From an uncultured Gammaproteobacteria bacterium (GTDB lineage Bacteria; Patescibacteriota; Microgenomatia; JALYQM01), in assembly GCA_964535655.1 (NCBI GenBank), contig CAZHTP010000001.1, forward strand, positions 250,862-314,861: a DNA stretch of 64,000 bases. Direction: 5' to 3'. The notes below the pieces were generated by a model. It saw only the letters and a program-made list of their open reading frames with translations, did no database searches and was not told the DNA's origin. Positions 32,930 to 42,654 of this stretch are shown one piece after another. The position numbers and the translations under genes are program-made. The stretch's first letter is position 1. Each line of letters opens with the position of its first letter.

Positions 32930-33976
32930 TCATTCTACGATTTCAATATTATTTTGAGGAATTATGTATTCATTATTATTAAAACTTATTTTGATTGCGG
33001 CTGCTTTAATACCAGAACGAAATTTATATTGAGGGAGTAACTCTGTCACAAGTCCAACTTCACCTAAGGATTGGTCAAATACTATGCGGACTTTTGTATT
33101 GATTGTCAGTGAGCGATCCTCGTCGGGTGGGTTTTGTTTCGCGTCAGTTTTATCAAGTGGAATAATAATATTGTTGTCATGGCCACTGATAAAACAATAA
33201 TAATTTTCGTATTTTAGCAGTTCGTTATATAGATCTGTGTTGATGGGAATAGTTCCGAATCCTTCGAGTGCAACAATTGTAATGCCTATATCACTTTGAG
33301 TGCCGATTGCGGTTAAATCTTGATACTCTACTCCTCCTGTAACAAAGCCCATAACACCTAAATTTATTGCCCGTGCTAGTGCTGCTTTAGGAAGCATACT
33401 TCCTCCGCACAGAATTTTCCCTGCATGCTCTTCTTTAATCATATGTTCTTTAATTACCTCGTGTTTTGAAGCTATGACTTTAATACTTCCTTCCCGATCA
33501 AAGCCTCGACCCAACTTACCCTGAATTTGAACTACCTGTGTTTCAATATCTATCGAGGTGTTGTCGATAATGTTTATTACTTTGCCCCATACTCCGGCGG
33601 GAATGCTTTCGGCACGCTTTGTGATTTTGAACATTACCTGTCCGTTTTTGGTGTTGATGTTATCAATTATTCCATCAATAGAAGCATAAACACGGTCAGA
33701 TTCTTTTTTAAACAGTTGCTTTCTTTCGGCAAGAATCTCGCCTTTATAAATGCGTTCTCCGATTCGACGGATAATGTAATTAGCTGCTTTGGCTGGAGCT
33801 ACTCCTAGTTGTAAGGCGGTATTCACAATATGAAAGCCTGCCGCTTGATTATATTCGCCAAGCAAATCGGCCGGAGTAACAAGCTCTCCGTTTTCAACGA
33901 ATATTTTACCTTTACCAGGCAATTTTCTGGTGATAATTTTTTTTGGTACTTTTTGAATTCTTAGAAACGGTTTCAT
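32930..33976 (-). CDS. Conserved hypothetical protein (barrel-sandwich-hybrid-like repeats, KOW-like C-terminus)
   Basis: RKLPGKGKIFVENGELV, ASIDGII, QIQGKLGRG, GFVTGG, LEGFG, C-terminal IPQNNIEIV. Confidence 0.6.
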   Translation of the reverse strand: MKPFLRIQKVPKKIITRKLPGKGKIFVENGELVTPADLLGEYNQAAGFHIVNTALQLGVAPAKAANYIIRRIGERIYKGEILAERKQLFKKESDRVYASIDGIIDNINTKNGQVMFKITKRAESIPAGVWGKVINIIDNTSIDIETQVVQIQGKLGRGFDREGSIKVIASKHEVIKEHMIKEEHAGKILCGGSMLPKAALARAINLGVMGFVTGGVEYQDLTAIGTQSDIGITIVALEGFGTIPINTDLYNELLKYENYYCFISGHDNNIIIPLDKTDAKQNPPDEDRSLTINTKVRIVFDQSLGEVGLVTELLPQYKFRSGIKAAAIKISFNNNEYIIPQNNIEIVE

Positions 33977-33978
33977 CT

Positions 33979-34653
33979 TTATCCTTCGTTATAAATTAAG
34001 TCAAAGCTTTCGAGCCAGGTTGCCGATAATTTTTTAGAGACTTCGGTTGATGAGCGAACCAGCACGTCATTCTCTCGTGTATCAATGATCAACCCGATTT
34101 TACTGCGCGGAATTGTGAATGGTTTATGTTGAATAATAGAGGTGTTTCCGGTAGTTAGTGCTAGGGTTAGGCGTAAGTGATTTTCGGAAGGGGTTGGAAT
34201 TTTTATAATCTCTTGAGAGGAAAGGTGAATTACCTGCTTCTCTGTTAGTTCAAAGTCTACTGCGCATATTCCCCGGACAGATCCGTTTTTTGGGTGTATC
34301 TGCAATACTGTTGACAGTAATTCACTGTCACTAGATTTTTTTATGTTACAGATGTCGGGCAAAATTATGCTATCGATGCATATACTGACGCTTTCTTCGT
34401 CGCTTGCTGCAATGTTGGTGATTTCCGGAGGTATTATGCACACTTCTTTACTTTCAGCTTTTTTCTGTTTGATTAATATTTCTTTTATGATTGCTTGTAA
34501 AATAATTTTGCTTCGCTGTGTTGTGGGAATTCCGTTGGGAGTGAGTGAATAATTGCCGATGTAGTTGCTGATTTCAGATAAGCTGATGGCAAAGGGTATG
34601 CGTTTTTGTATCGCGATTGGCGAAATTGCCGCAATTTCTTGAGGAGTCCACAT
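33979..34653 (-). CDS. Hypothetical protein resembling the C-terminal half of the GlmL/MutL (glutamate mutase L)-like family
   Basis: RIPFAISLSEISNYIGNYSLTPNGIPTT...QAIIKE and GLIIDTR; resemblance recognised by eye. Confidence 0.45.
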   Translation of the reverse strand: MWTPQEIAAISPIAIQKRIPFAISLSEISNYIGNYSLTPNGIPTTQRSKIILQAIIKEILIKQKKAESKEVCIIPPEITNIAASDEESVSICIDSIILPDICNIKKSSDSELLSTVLQIHPKNGSVRGICAVDFELTEKQVIHLSSQEIIKIPTPSENHLRLTLALTTGNTSIIQHKPFTIPRSKIGLIIDTRENDVLVRSSTEVSKKLSATWLESFDLIYNEG

Positions 34654-34708
34654 ATAAGTACAGGTTAAAGGGTTTTTAACTTAGCGTCAAGGTTATTCGG
34701 TTCTGTAT

Positions 34709-34845
34709 GTGATTGAGAGTTCGCTGCTCAGAAATTTGAAGTTTAAGGCTATTTTCCTTTGTGTTCTTCTGCTCTCGTTATCGTACTTCTTTAGCGTTTC
34801 TCCAGGACGGATGCAAATTTCTTGCGCTACGAATCTCTCAATCAC
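34709..34845. repeat. Long imperfect inverted repeat (REP/MITE-like)
   Basis: GTGATTGAGAGTTCGCTGCTCAGAAATTTG ... CAAATTTCTTGCGCTACGAATCTCTCAATCAC. Confidence 0.7.
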
Positions 34846-34848
34846 TAT

Positions 34849-34876
34849 AAAAAAAGCTCCGATCTCTCGAAGCTTT
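34849..34876 (-). terminator. Terminator of rpsF-ssb-rpsR
   Basis: Minus strand AAAGCTTCGA-GAGA-TCGGAGCTTTTTTT. Confidence 0.75.
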
Positions 34877-34898
34877 AATTGTTTTATATTCTTGTGAA

Positions 34899-35129
34899 TT
34901 ATCCCCGTGCAACGAATGGGAGAAGTGCAAGGTGGCGTGCGCGTTTAACTGCGATTGCTACCTGTCTTTGGTATTTGCTGGAAGTGCCGGTTCGTGCTTT
35001 GGGCAAGATCTTTCCGCGATCAGAAACAAGTTTTCTTAATCGGTTGATATCTTTGTAATCGGGAGTAACGCCTTCATCAGTGAATTGGCATGTTCTCTTT
35101 TTGAAATAGGTTTTTCTTTGCATTGCCAT
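34899..35129 (-). CDS. rpsR: 30S ribosomal protein S18
   Basis: DYKDINRL...SDRGKILP...TGT...[19 protein letters not shown]. Confidence 0.96.
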   Translation of the reverse strand: MAMQRKTYFKKRTCQFTDEGVTPDYKDINRLRKLVSDRGKILPKARTGTSSKYQRQVAIAVKRARHLALLPFVARG

Positions 35130-35152
35130 ATGATTTCTCCTTAAATGTGACT

Positions 35153-35632
35153 TTAAAATGGTATGTCGTCAATATTAATTTTTTCATCCATTGGTTCGCG
35201 TCCTGGTTTTATTGCTGTTACAGCGTCTCCGACTGGTGGTGTAACATCATCTTGCACATCGTCCATGCGAGCTATGCCACTGGCTTCAGGTTTTTTGCTG
35301 TCGAGTAGGATCATGTCCTCTATAACAATTTCGGTTGTGCTTCTTTGCTGTCCATCCGCTGTTTCCCATGAACGGGTTTGCAGACGACCTTCGATATAGA
35401 CTTTACGTCCTTTGGTTAAAAGCTGAGAGCAAAGTTCTGCAAGTTTACCCCATGCAACGAGTTTGTGGTATTCAGTTTCTTCACGGCGTTCCTGTCCTTC
35501 TGAAGGAACCCAGGAACGGTTGGTGGCGAGGCCGAAGGTACAAACTGCATTTCCCTGTTGAATGTACTTGAGTTCGGGATCTCGAGTTAAGTTACCTATT
35601 AGTTGTACTTTGTTTAATGATCGTGAAGCCAT
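35153..35632 (-). CDS. ssb: Single-stranded DNA-binding protein
   Basis: [28 protein letters not shown]-terminal DDIPF. Confidence 0.97.
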   Translation of the reverse strand: MASRSLNKVQLIGNLTRDPELKYIQQGNAVCTFGLATNRSWVPSEGQERREETEYHKLVAWGKLAELCSQLLTKGRKVYIEGRLQTRSWETADGQQRSTTEIVIEDMILLDSKKPEASGIARMDDVQDDVTPPVGDAVTAIKPGREPMDEKINIDDIPF

Positions 35633-35644
35633 GCCGTCCTCCTC

Positions 35645-35932
35645 TTACTTATTAGCCTTAATGAGTAAATATCTAATGATATCGTCGTTGATTTTGACTC
35701 GGTAGTCAATATCTTTTATTGCTTCTTTTTTGGAATTGAATGTAAATAATACGTAGACACCTTCGGTGTATTTTTTGATAGGATAGGCCAATTCTCGACG
35801 TCCCCACATGTCGCGGGAAAGAATGGTGCCACCTGGTGTGGTGATGAGCTCTTCTACTTTAGTCAGGACCTTATCGCGCTCTTCTTCGGTAAGTTCCGGC
35901 CGTACGATGACGGTAAGTTCATATTTATCCAT
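35645..35932 (-). CDS. rpsF: 30S ribosomal protein S6
   Basis: KYELTVIVRP, WGRRELAYPIKK, IIRYL. Confidence 0.96.
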   Translation of the reverse strand: MDKYELTVIVRPELTEEERDKVLTKVEELITTPGGTILSRDMWGRRELAYPIKKYTEGVYVLFTFNSKKEAIKDIDYRVKINDDIIRYLLIKANK

Positions 35933-36059
35933 TACATTATAATCCTTTCAGCCTGAACCTAGGATAATGGGACCTCAGGTCTTGCTAATTGGTGAGACCT
36001 TCGGGGTTAAGACTTTGGAGAATATATCATTTTTGAGGGAAAAAGGCAAGATTATGCTA

Positions 36060-36479
36060 CTATTCTTTTTTATATGGATTTGTGATGGATGCAATGGCAA
36101 TTGAAATTAGAATTGTGCCTGGATTAATTATAAGAAATCCAAGGACCCAAATACGTATCATGAATGGAAGTAGGCACAAATATGTTCCCATGATAAGACA
36201 ATAATAAAGCGTTGCTTTTTTGAGGATTTTTGGTTCCTCTTTTTCCAAAGTGGTGAATGTTTTGCCTATAACATTAAGATTACTTATGGTTCCAATAATA
36301 AGCAGGGCATAATACCCGTAGAATAGTGCTGCAATAATGCCCCATCCATCTACGAACCCTTCAATAAGTAAAACAAATACGGTTACAATTACGGCTAATG
36401 TTAGTGGATAGAAAAAGCTCCATTTTGCCACTATTCCTAAAATTTGGCTGTCCCAATTCTTGTTGTGTGTACTTTTCAT
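36060..36479 (-). CDS. Small membrane protein
   Basis: Four hydrophobic segments. Likely start ATG 36479 just after the ychF stop; the longer ORF-track start overlaps ychF. Confidence 0.6.
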   Translation of the reverse strand: MKSTHNKNWDSQILGIVAKWSFFYPLTLAVIVTVFVLLIEGFVDGWGIIAALFYGYYALLIIGTISNLNVIGKTFTTLEKEEPKILKKATLYYCLIMGTYLCLLPFMIRIWVLGFLIINPGTILISIAIASITNPYKKE

Positions 36480-36486
36480 AGGGTAC

Positions 36487-37566
36487 CTAGCTATTAACTT
36501 TAAATTCGATAACATCTCCATCTTGGACGATATATTCTTTACCTTCGATGCGGAGCCATCCGTTTTCGCGGGCTTTTGTATAGCTTCCGGCTTCAACCAA
36601 TTTTTGCCAGTTAATTGTTTCGGCTTTGATAAATCCTTTTTCAAAATCGGTATGAATAACTGCAGCGGCTTTAGGAGCTTTAGTGCTCTTTTTAATTGTC
36701 CAGGCTCTAACTTCCTTGGGCCCAGCAGTTAGAAAGCTTTGAAGACCAAGAATATCATATGCTTTTTTTGCCAATCGGTGCAGTCCTGATTGTTTAAGAC
36801 CTAGTGATTCGAGATATTCTTTTGATTCAGTTTCATCTAGATTTGCGAGCTCCGATTCGATCTTGGCAGAGATGATTAGTTCATTTTCTTTGTCAGATAC
36901 CCGTGCTGCTTCTGATTCGTCGACATTATAGACATAGATCATTGGTTTTGTGGTAATGAGCGGGAGATTGCCTATGGCGGAGCGTTCTTCATCGGCAAGT
37001 TTAGTCTCCGAGGCAAGTTTCCCTTCGTCCAGAGATACTTTAATTCGTTTCAGAGCATCAATACGCATTTGGGTGGTGGCTTTATCCATGGTTACCCGTT
37101 TAAGATCAGTAATTGCATTGTCGATGAGCTTATTCATTGTTTCCATATCGGCTAAAATAAGCTCAGTGTTGATTGTTTCGATGTCGGATTTAGGGTTCTC
37201 TCCTGTTTGCACTACATCAGCGTCGGAGAATTCTCGTACTACTTGGGCGATGGCGTCAACCTCACGAATATGGCTGAGAAATTTATTGCCCAGGCCTTGT
37301 CCTTCGGACGCACCTTTAACGATACCCGCAATATCGATGAATTTGATTGTAGCTGGAACAATCTTGAAGCCCTTGTCCAATCCTTCTGACTTCTCAATTA
37401 CTTCTTTAAGTTCTTCTAACCGAGAATCTGGAACATCAACGATACCGGTATTTGGTTCGATTGTTGCGAAGGGATAATTTGCTGCCAAGGCTACCTGTTT
37501 TTTAAGCAGGGCGTTAAATAATGTTGATTTACCTACATTTGGTAGGCCGACAATGCCGATTTCCAT
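36487..37566 (-). CDS. ychF: Ribosome-binding ATPase YchF
   Basis: [49 protein letters not shown]. Confidence 0.97.
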   Translation of the reverse strand: MEIGIVGLPNVGKSTLFNALLKKQVALAANYPFATIEPNTGIVDVPDSRLEELKEVIEKSEGLDKGFKIVPATIKFIDIAGIVKGASEGQGLGNKFLSHIREVDAIAQVVREFSDADVVQTGENPKSDIETINTELILADMETMNKLIDNAITDLKRVTMDKATTQMRIDALKRIKVSLDEGKLASETKLADEERSAIGNLPLITTKPMIYVYNVDESEAARVSDKENELIISAKIESELANLDETESKEYLESLGLKQSGLHRLAKKAYDILGLQSFLTAGPKEVRAWTIKKSTKAPKAAAVIHTDFEKGFIKAETINWQKLVEAGSYTKARENGWLRIEGKEYIVQDGDVIEFKVNS

Positions 37567-38414
37567 AAATATCTCCCATGTTTTCGGTAGTGAGTGGGAT
37601 ATGTCCTTGAACGTCTACCGAACCATCTCCTTTGATTGTAACTTTCTCAATAACGTCTCGAATAACCTTTATTTTCTCTATAGTATCGAGTGATTGTAAT
37701 ACTCTTTGTGCTTCTGCGCAAATGTCATCGAGGTCAATTCTTTGTGGCACGGCTATTTCGTGCGTATTTTCGATACTATCTAATTGAGTCTGGAATAATT
37801 CCTGCTTCTTTTTTGATTTTTTGGTTAGTTCTTTGAATTGTTCAAAATCTAGAGCTTGTTCACCGTAAGCTCGTGCATATCGCAGTTCTTCATCTTTTGC
37901 TTTAGTTATGAGTGTAAGTATCTTTTCCTTCTCTTGTTTAAGGATCATTATTGTATCTTGTTGCGATTCTGACCATATTTTTCCATGTTTTCGCAGAAGT
38001 TCAGGGTTAGTTAAAAGTTTAAGTAATTCTTGCCAGAATTTTTCGTCTAACGCAGGAACGAGCCAATCTTCTCGTGGTCGCTCGATTCTACTGTTTTTTT
38101 TACTGGTTTGTATAAGCTGCTTGTTCGTGATCGTTTGCCTATAATTGCCTCAGTATTGTAGTAGTAGACTTCACCTTTGACATAACTTTCACAACGCAAA
38201 AGTCTTAATAATGGACCATGTGTCCAAAAAGGAGTTTTGCCACGACGTGGGGGAATTTCCTTATCGTATAATCTCTTAATTACTTCCTTCATTGATATTC
38301 GCTCAACCCCTATCCATTCATATATCATTTTGACAATTTGAGCTTCTATTCCATTGACTTCGTAGTGTGCAGGTACAGTATCTGTCTTCTTTATATAATT
38401 ATATCCATATAATG
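37529..38414 (-). pseudogene. Large serine recombinase remnant
   Basis: LYGYNY...EAQIVKMIYEW...ISMKEVIKRL...PRRGK..WT...YVKG recombinase domain. Frame break at an A8 run (38094-38101), then SRIERPREDWL-VPALDEKFWQ with no Zn ribbon, then a coiled coil and IEKVTI. The catalytic N-terminal domain is absent. Confidence 0.85.
37553..37586 (-). repeat. att junction on the ychF side
   Basis: Minus strand catGGGAGATATTT-ATGGAAATCGGCAT-tgtcggcc; the element arm supplies the SD and start of ychF. Confidence 0.85.
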
Positions 38415-39161
38415 TTATGCCCTTAATAATTCAGGAATTTTCGACTTATATCCTTCTAATGCTAATAAATAGTTGGGCAGATTATCTTGATCGATAAAGA
38501 TTAACTCTTTGAATTCATTATCATTGTGTAGCTCATATTTTGATTTAACTTTTTCACTCGTAATATTTAATTCAGTGGAAAATACTATGCTAATCTGAAA
38601 TTTATCTGTCATAATCATTCCAATTACATTGGATAAACTTACTTCGTTTCGTGATACATTAATTTCTTCAGTTAGCTCTGTAAGTAACACTTCTAAAAGA
38701 TCATTTCCACTTTCAAGTTGTCGTTCATCTTGTGAAAGTACACCTCCAACAAGATCAATTTTATTTTGATTTATCGTGTTACCACTCAAATTTCCGAATA
38801 TAAATTTATTGTCTTTGGTTTTCACTAGAGATGAAACAAATAGTCCATTTGTATAGTATTTCTCACCGAGCGCAATTATTTCTTTCTTATAGTCCGTTGT
38901 ACTTGTCGCAATACTGTATGGAATAGTGGATATTGATAGAAATAAAGAATTGTCCGAATATTCCGAGTTTTCGAGTCTGTACATTTGCGAATCCCATGCC
39001 CTAGCTCCCTCCTCTTTTGCTTTCTTAAGCGTATTCTCCCAAACCATCTTGAGCTTCGTTTCTAACTCTGTGTTTATTTCGCGAGATGAGCTATTGATTC
39101 TTTTTATTTTAATCTGCTGGACTGGGATAGTTGCTTTAAAAATTATTTTTGGAAGATTCAT
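38415..39161 (-). CDS. Nudix-fold hydrolase (NUDT22-like, possible nucleotide-sugar pyrophosphatase)
   Basis: WDSQMYRL, VSSLVKTKDNKFIFG, VGG...TELTEEINV Nudix-like box. Confidence 0.55.
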   Translation of the reverse strand: MNLPKIIFKATIPVQQIKIKRINSSSREINTELETKLKMVWENTLKKAKEEGARAWDSQMYRLENSEYSDNSLFLSISTIPYSIATSTTDYKKEIIALGEKYYTNGLFVSSLVKTKDNKFIFGNLSGNTINQNKIDLVGGVLSQDERQLESGNDLLEVLLTELTEEINVSRNEVSLSNVIGMIMTDKFQISIVFSTELNITSEKVKSKYELHNDNEFKELIFIDQDNLPNYLLALEGYKSKIPELLRA

Positions 39162-39166
39162 AATGA

Positions 39167-39913
39167 CTATCCTAACTCGGTGTGCATTTGTCGTGCCCAT
39201 GCCAGATGGATACGATTATTGATACCGATCCAAGGGCCTTCATTAATCATTCCATAGATAGGTCTTTTTTCGGCAGTGGCTTTTCGATATAAATCAGGGA
39301 TTATAATTTCCTTTTTTTGTTTTTCTCTACTTTCCTCAATTACTCTTGGGATATACTCTCTTAGAAATGCTGTGCTAAAACATGCTGCACCACAAAAGAA
39401 CCCTACATTTCTTTGTCTTCTGATTGTACCTATTGGAAACATTCCAAGCAGCTGATTATCAGCGGCTAAAGCGTAGCCATTCAGATGCGATATGCTGTCA
39501 AAAGTTCTTGATAATAAAACTGAAACGTCTGCTCGTCTTCGTTCGTGAAATCGCAAGAGATTTCCAATTACTTTTTCGTCATCAAATAAACCATCATCAG
39601 CATGCATCATTAAAACTGTTTCGACATCATTTGATAATCCATCCATTCCACTTTGAAGCGAAACTACGGTTCCTTCAAAAGTTTCAGGTTCTCGATACTG
39701 CACATCCGCTCTAAAGTATTCTTCGATTCTTCTTCGTTGATGTTTAACCACTAAAGTAATGTTTTTAGCTCCAAAGGCACATTTATATAACATACCCACT
39801 TCGTGGGCTAGTAACGGTTTTCCTGAAACCTCTACCATAGTTTTCTGATCATCCGTGAGCCCTAATCGCTCTCCTTTTCCAGCAGCTAAAAGTATGGCAT
39901 GTGTTTCGTTCAT
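39167..39913 (-). CDS. Sugar-phosphate nucleotidyltransferase (like the GlmU N-domain)
   Basis: ILLAAGKGERL...QKTMVEVSGKPLL, GT, HADD, WIGINN. Confidence 0.8.
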   Translation of the reverse strand: MNETHAILLAAGKGERLGLTDDQKTMVEVSGKPLLAHEVGMLYKCAFGAKNITLVVKHQRRRIEEYFRADVQYREPETFEGTVVSLQSGMDGLSNDVETVLMMHADDGLFDDEKVIGNLLRFHERRRADVSVLLSRTFDSISHLNGYALAADNQLLGMFPIGTIRRQRNVGFFCGAACFSTAFLREYIPRVIEESREKQKKEIIIPDLYRKATAEKRPIYGMINEGPWIGINNRIHLAWARQMHTELG

Positions 39914-40899
39914 ATTCTTTGAATATCCTTATAGATAGCATTAATTAATTTCATAGTTTCTATTCCGTCAGCTAATGTAACTGCAGGTTTATGCTTATTT
40001 ATAATTGAGTCGATTACATCTCCAATTAACTTTATATGACCTGTTCCATATAAGTGGATTGCGTCATCTATCGTATCGTCTTTGCTGATCCCTTCTACAG
40101 AAGAATATTCAATTACATTAAGTGTCGTACCACCAATTTTTATTGTTCCCTTTTCACCAATTAAAGTAAGAGAAGCTTCGATATGTTTTGGATACGTAAC
40201 TGTTGAACATTCAAAGGAGGCTAAAGATCCATTGGAGAATTTTAATGCGGCAACCATTGAATCCTCAACTTCTGCTCTTGCCCTCAAGTTATTACTAAAT
40301 CCAGTTATCTCTACTGGAACTCCCATATATTTTTTCAGTAAGTCGATGTGATGTATCGCTTGAGTAATTAACGCACCGCCTCCACTTTTTTCTAAATTGC
40401 CGTGCCACGCGTCGTCATAATATTCCTGAGATCTAAACCAACGAACGCAGACGTTTCCAATCAAGATCTTCCCTAACTTATCTTCTGTAAATGCCTTATC
40501 AAGGGTTTTTACGGTGTCATTAAATCTATTTTGAAAGCACACGGAAATTACAGAATGTGAATTCTTCTCAAGCTCAAGAAGTTCATCAAAGTGATTTTGT
40601 TTTAAACATACCGGCTTTTCAATTAAAACATTGATATTCTTGCTTATTATTTGTTTGGCAATTTCAAAATGGGTGAAGTGTGGTGTACAAATTGATATTA
40701 GATCAACATTTTCAGAATCTAATAATTCTTGGGTTGAAGCATAAGTCTTTACATTATATTTATTAGAGAATTCATCTCTTTTTAATTTATCTGTATCTAC
40801 ACCTGCTATTAATTCTGATTCAGGAAGAGTCTTATAACTCTCAGCATGGAATTTTGATACACGACCACACCCTATTACTGCAGTTTTTAGTTTTTTCAT
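39910..40899 (-). CDS. Gfo/Idh/MocA oxidoreductase (similar to UDP-HexNAc 3-dehydrogenases)
   Basis: AVIGCGRVS, ICTPHFTH, LIEKP, FQNRFN, GGGALITQAIHHIDL, EVED. Confidence 0.85.
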   Translation of the reverse strand: MKKLKTAVIGCGRVSKFHAESYKTLPESELIAGVDTDKLKRDEFSNKYNVKTYASTQELLDSENVDLISICTPHFTHFEIAKQIISKNINVLIEKPVCLKQNHFDELLELEKNSHSVISVCFQNRFNDTVKTLDKAFTEDKLGKILIGNVCVRWFRSQEYYDDAWHGNLEKSGGGALITQAIHHIDLLKKYMGVPVEITGFSNNLRARAEVEDSMVAALKFSNGSLASFECSTVTYPKHIEASLTLIGEKGTIKIGGTTLNVIEYSSVEGISKDDTIDDAIHLYGTGHIKLIGDVIDSIINKHKPAVTLADGIETMKLINAIYKDIQRI

Positions 40900-41591
40900 A
40901 CTCTAGGTACCATATTAGATAATATTGCTGCTCTGGCACTCGATGCGACTCGCATAAGCGTATCCACAGCGATCAAATCATTTCGTCCAAAGGCCATTAT
41001 TCCGTGTTTTTCAATTGTGAAAGCAAGTCCGTATCTGCCTGCAAGCTCTTGTTCTCGACCTTTAAATAGTCGAGTTATTTCTGGAAAATATTTTTCAAAT
41101 ACAACATACACATCAGGTCTCTGGATCATTGCTTCAGGAATATTAACGGGATGTGGATTTTTTAAGTACTCCAATTTTTCCTTATGGTCGTCAGGTGAAG
41201 AAACGCAGGGTATCTCACCAATAGCATAAGTTTGATGAAGAATTGGAGGTACTACCATTTTATGGACGGCAAATGCCTGACTGTATGGTTCGTGAGCGTG
41301 TACTATAAAGTTGCAGTGTTCAAACTGTTTAAACATATGGAGATAAATTGGTAGTTCCGAGCATGCCGGATATGTACCTTTTTCAACTGTTTTACCCTCA
41401 TAATCCACAACTACAATATCACCAATAGTAGCTTTCCATTTTCTATACTCGGCAAGACCTGTAGCGGTAACAAGTATATGCTTGTCGGAGACTCGTTGAG
41501 CCATGTCTCCACCTTCGATATTAAGAATATTGAGATTTTTCAGTTCAATGATTAAATCCAATAGTTTCTGTTTCTCTTCCTGGTACATCAT
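40896..41591 (-). CDS. Class II aldolase/adducin-family metalloenzyme
   Basis: EGGDMAQR, VTATG, CSELPIY, VHAH, KHG. Confidence 0.75.
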   Translation of the reverse strand: MMYQEEKQKLLDLIIELKNLNILNIEGGDMAQRVSDKHILVTATGLAEYRKWKATIGDIVVVDYEGKTVEKGTYPACSELPIYLHMFKQFEHCNFIVHAHEPYSQAFAVHKMVVPPILHQTYAIGEIPCVSSPDDHKEKLEYLKNPHPVNIPEAMIQRPDVYVVFEKYFPEITRLFKGREQELAGRYGLAFTIEKHGIMAFGRNDLIAVDTLMRVASSARAAILSNMVPRV

Positions 41592-42654
41592 AGGATTTTA
41601 TCTCCATAAATAGATTATAATAGTCTTCAATTACTCGCTGAATGTTAAATCTACTGAGGAAGTTTTCTCTACTTGGTCGAACTTTTTTACCATAGTAGTC
41701 ATATTTTGTCAAAGCAAGCTCCGTTTTTGCAATATAATCTTCGATGGAATCTCTATCGAAAAGTAGGTCGTGATCTGGGAGTAATTCTGGTATAGCCCCA
41801 TAGTTTGTCCCAACTATAACTTTCCCGCGAATAACATTTTCAACTACACTTTTGCCAAATGGTTCGGCAAATGAAGGAATGAGCATTATTCCGTACTCTT
41901 TCAGCCTTTCATCATTTTTGTCAATGAATCCGTGAATATGAATGTATTTCGTAGCGTTGAGTTCTTCAATCAATCTTTGAAGATTTGCTTTTTCGTTTCC
42001 TTCTCCGAAAATATCTAAGGAAATAGCATACCCTTTATCATGTAGAGATTTAACAGCTTTAACACTCCAATTGGTTCTCTTCCATTTGACCAATCTTCCA
42101 ATGCTTAATAACTTGAATTTATTTCTTTTACTATCGCCAAAGTTATTAAAATCTTCTAAGTTAATTCCATTGTAAATGGTGTGAATCGATCCTTTATAAC
42201 CTAATTCACGTATTTTTTCTGAAACAGCATTTGAAATTCCTACTACGTGATTAACATATTTCAACTCATTTGCATTATTCCTATCGATAAATATGGCTCT
42301 AATGGTGGCAATATTTGGGATATTTAATAGTTTAGGGATTAAACTTTCAGAAAATATGTAGCGAAAGTTATGGTTAACTAAATTTATTCTATCTTTTAGT
42401 ACAATAAATAGAATTATTAGAGGTGCAATAAGGTTATACAGCTTTGGATTGATCGTCAAAAAATATAATTTTACATTTCTTGGCAATTTTGGTTTTGGAC
42501 ATGCGTAATTTACTATATATAAAACTGATATTTTGAAATTTTGTTTTGTAGCAAGATATGATACAAGATGTGAAATAGATTCTTCGGCACCACCAATTGC
42601 AGTGCTATAGAGCGTTAGCAATAATCTAATTTCATTTGTTTTCACTTTGATCAA
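41545..42654 (-). CDS. Glycosyltransferase family 4
   Basis: GGAE, ISNAV, IYNGI, IGRLVKWKR, PSFAEPFGKSVVE. Confidence 0.88.
   Translation of the reverse strand: MIKVKTNEIRLLLTLYSTAIGGAEESISHLVSYLATKQNFKISVLYIVNYACPKPKLPRNVKLYFLTINPKLYNLIAPLIILFIVLKDRINLVNHNFRYIFSESLIPKLLNIPNIATIRAIFIDRNNANELKYVNHVVGISNAVSEKIRELGYKGSIHTIYNGINLEDFNNFGDSKRNKFKLLSIGRLVKWKRTNWSVKAVKSLHDKGYAISLDIFGEGNEKANLQRLIEELNATKYIHIHGFIDKNDERLKEYGIMLIPSFAEPFGKSVVENVIRGKVIVGTNYGAIPELLPDHDLLFDRDSIEDYIAKTELALTKYDYYGKKVRPSRENFLSRFNIQRVIEDYYNLFMEIKSYDVPGRETETIGFNH

Noticed and set aside
36480-36644. N-terminal extension of the 194-aa ORF overlapping ychF
   Set aside because: An ATG at 36479 just after the ychF stop gives a clean membrane protein.
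38094-38101. A8 run as a programmed -1 frameshift giving an active integrase
   Set aside because: The catalytic domain and Zn ribbon are also missing, so a frameshift would not restore function.
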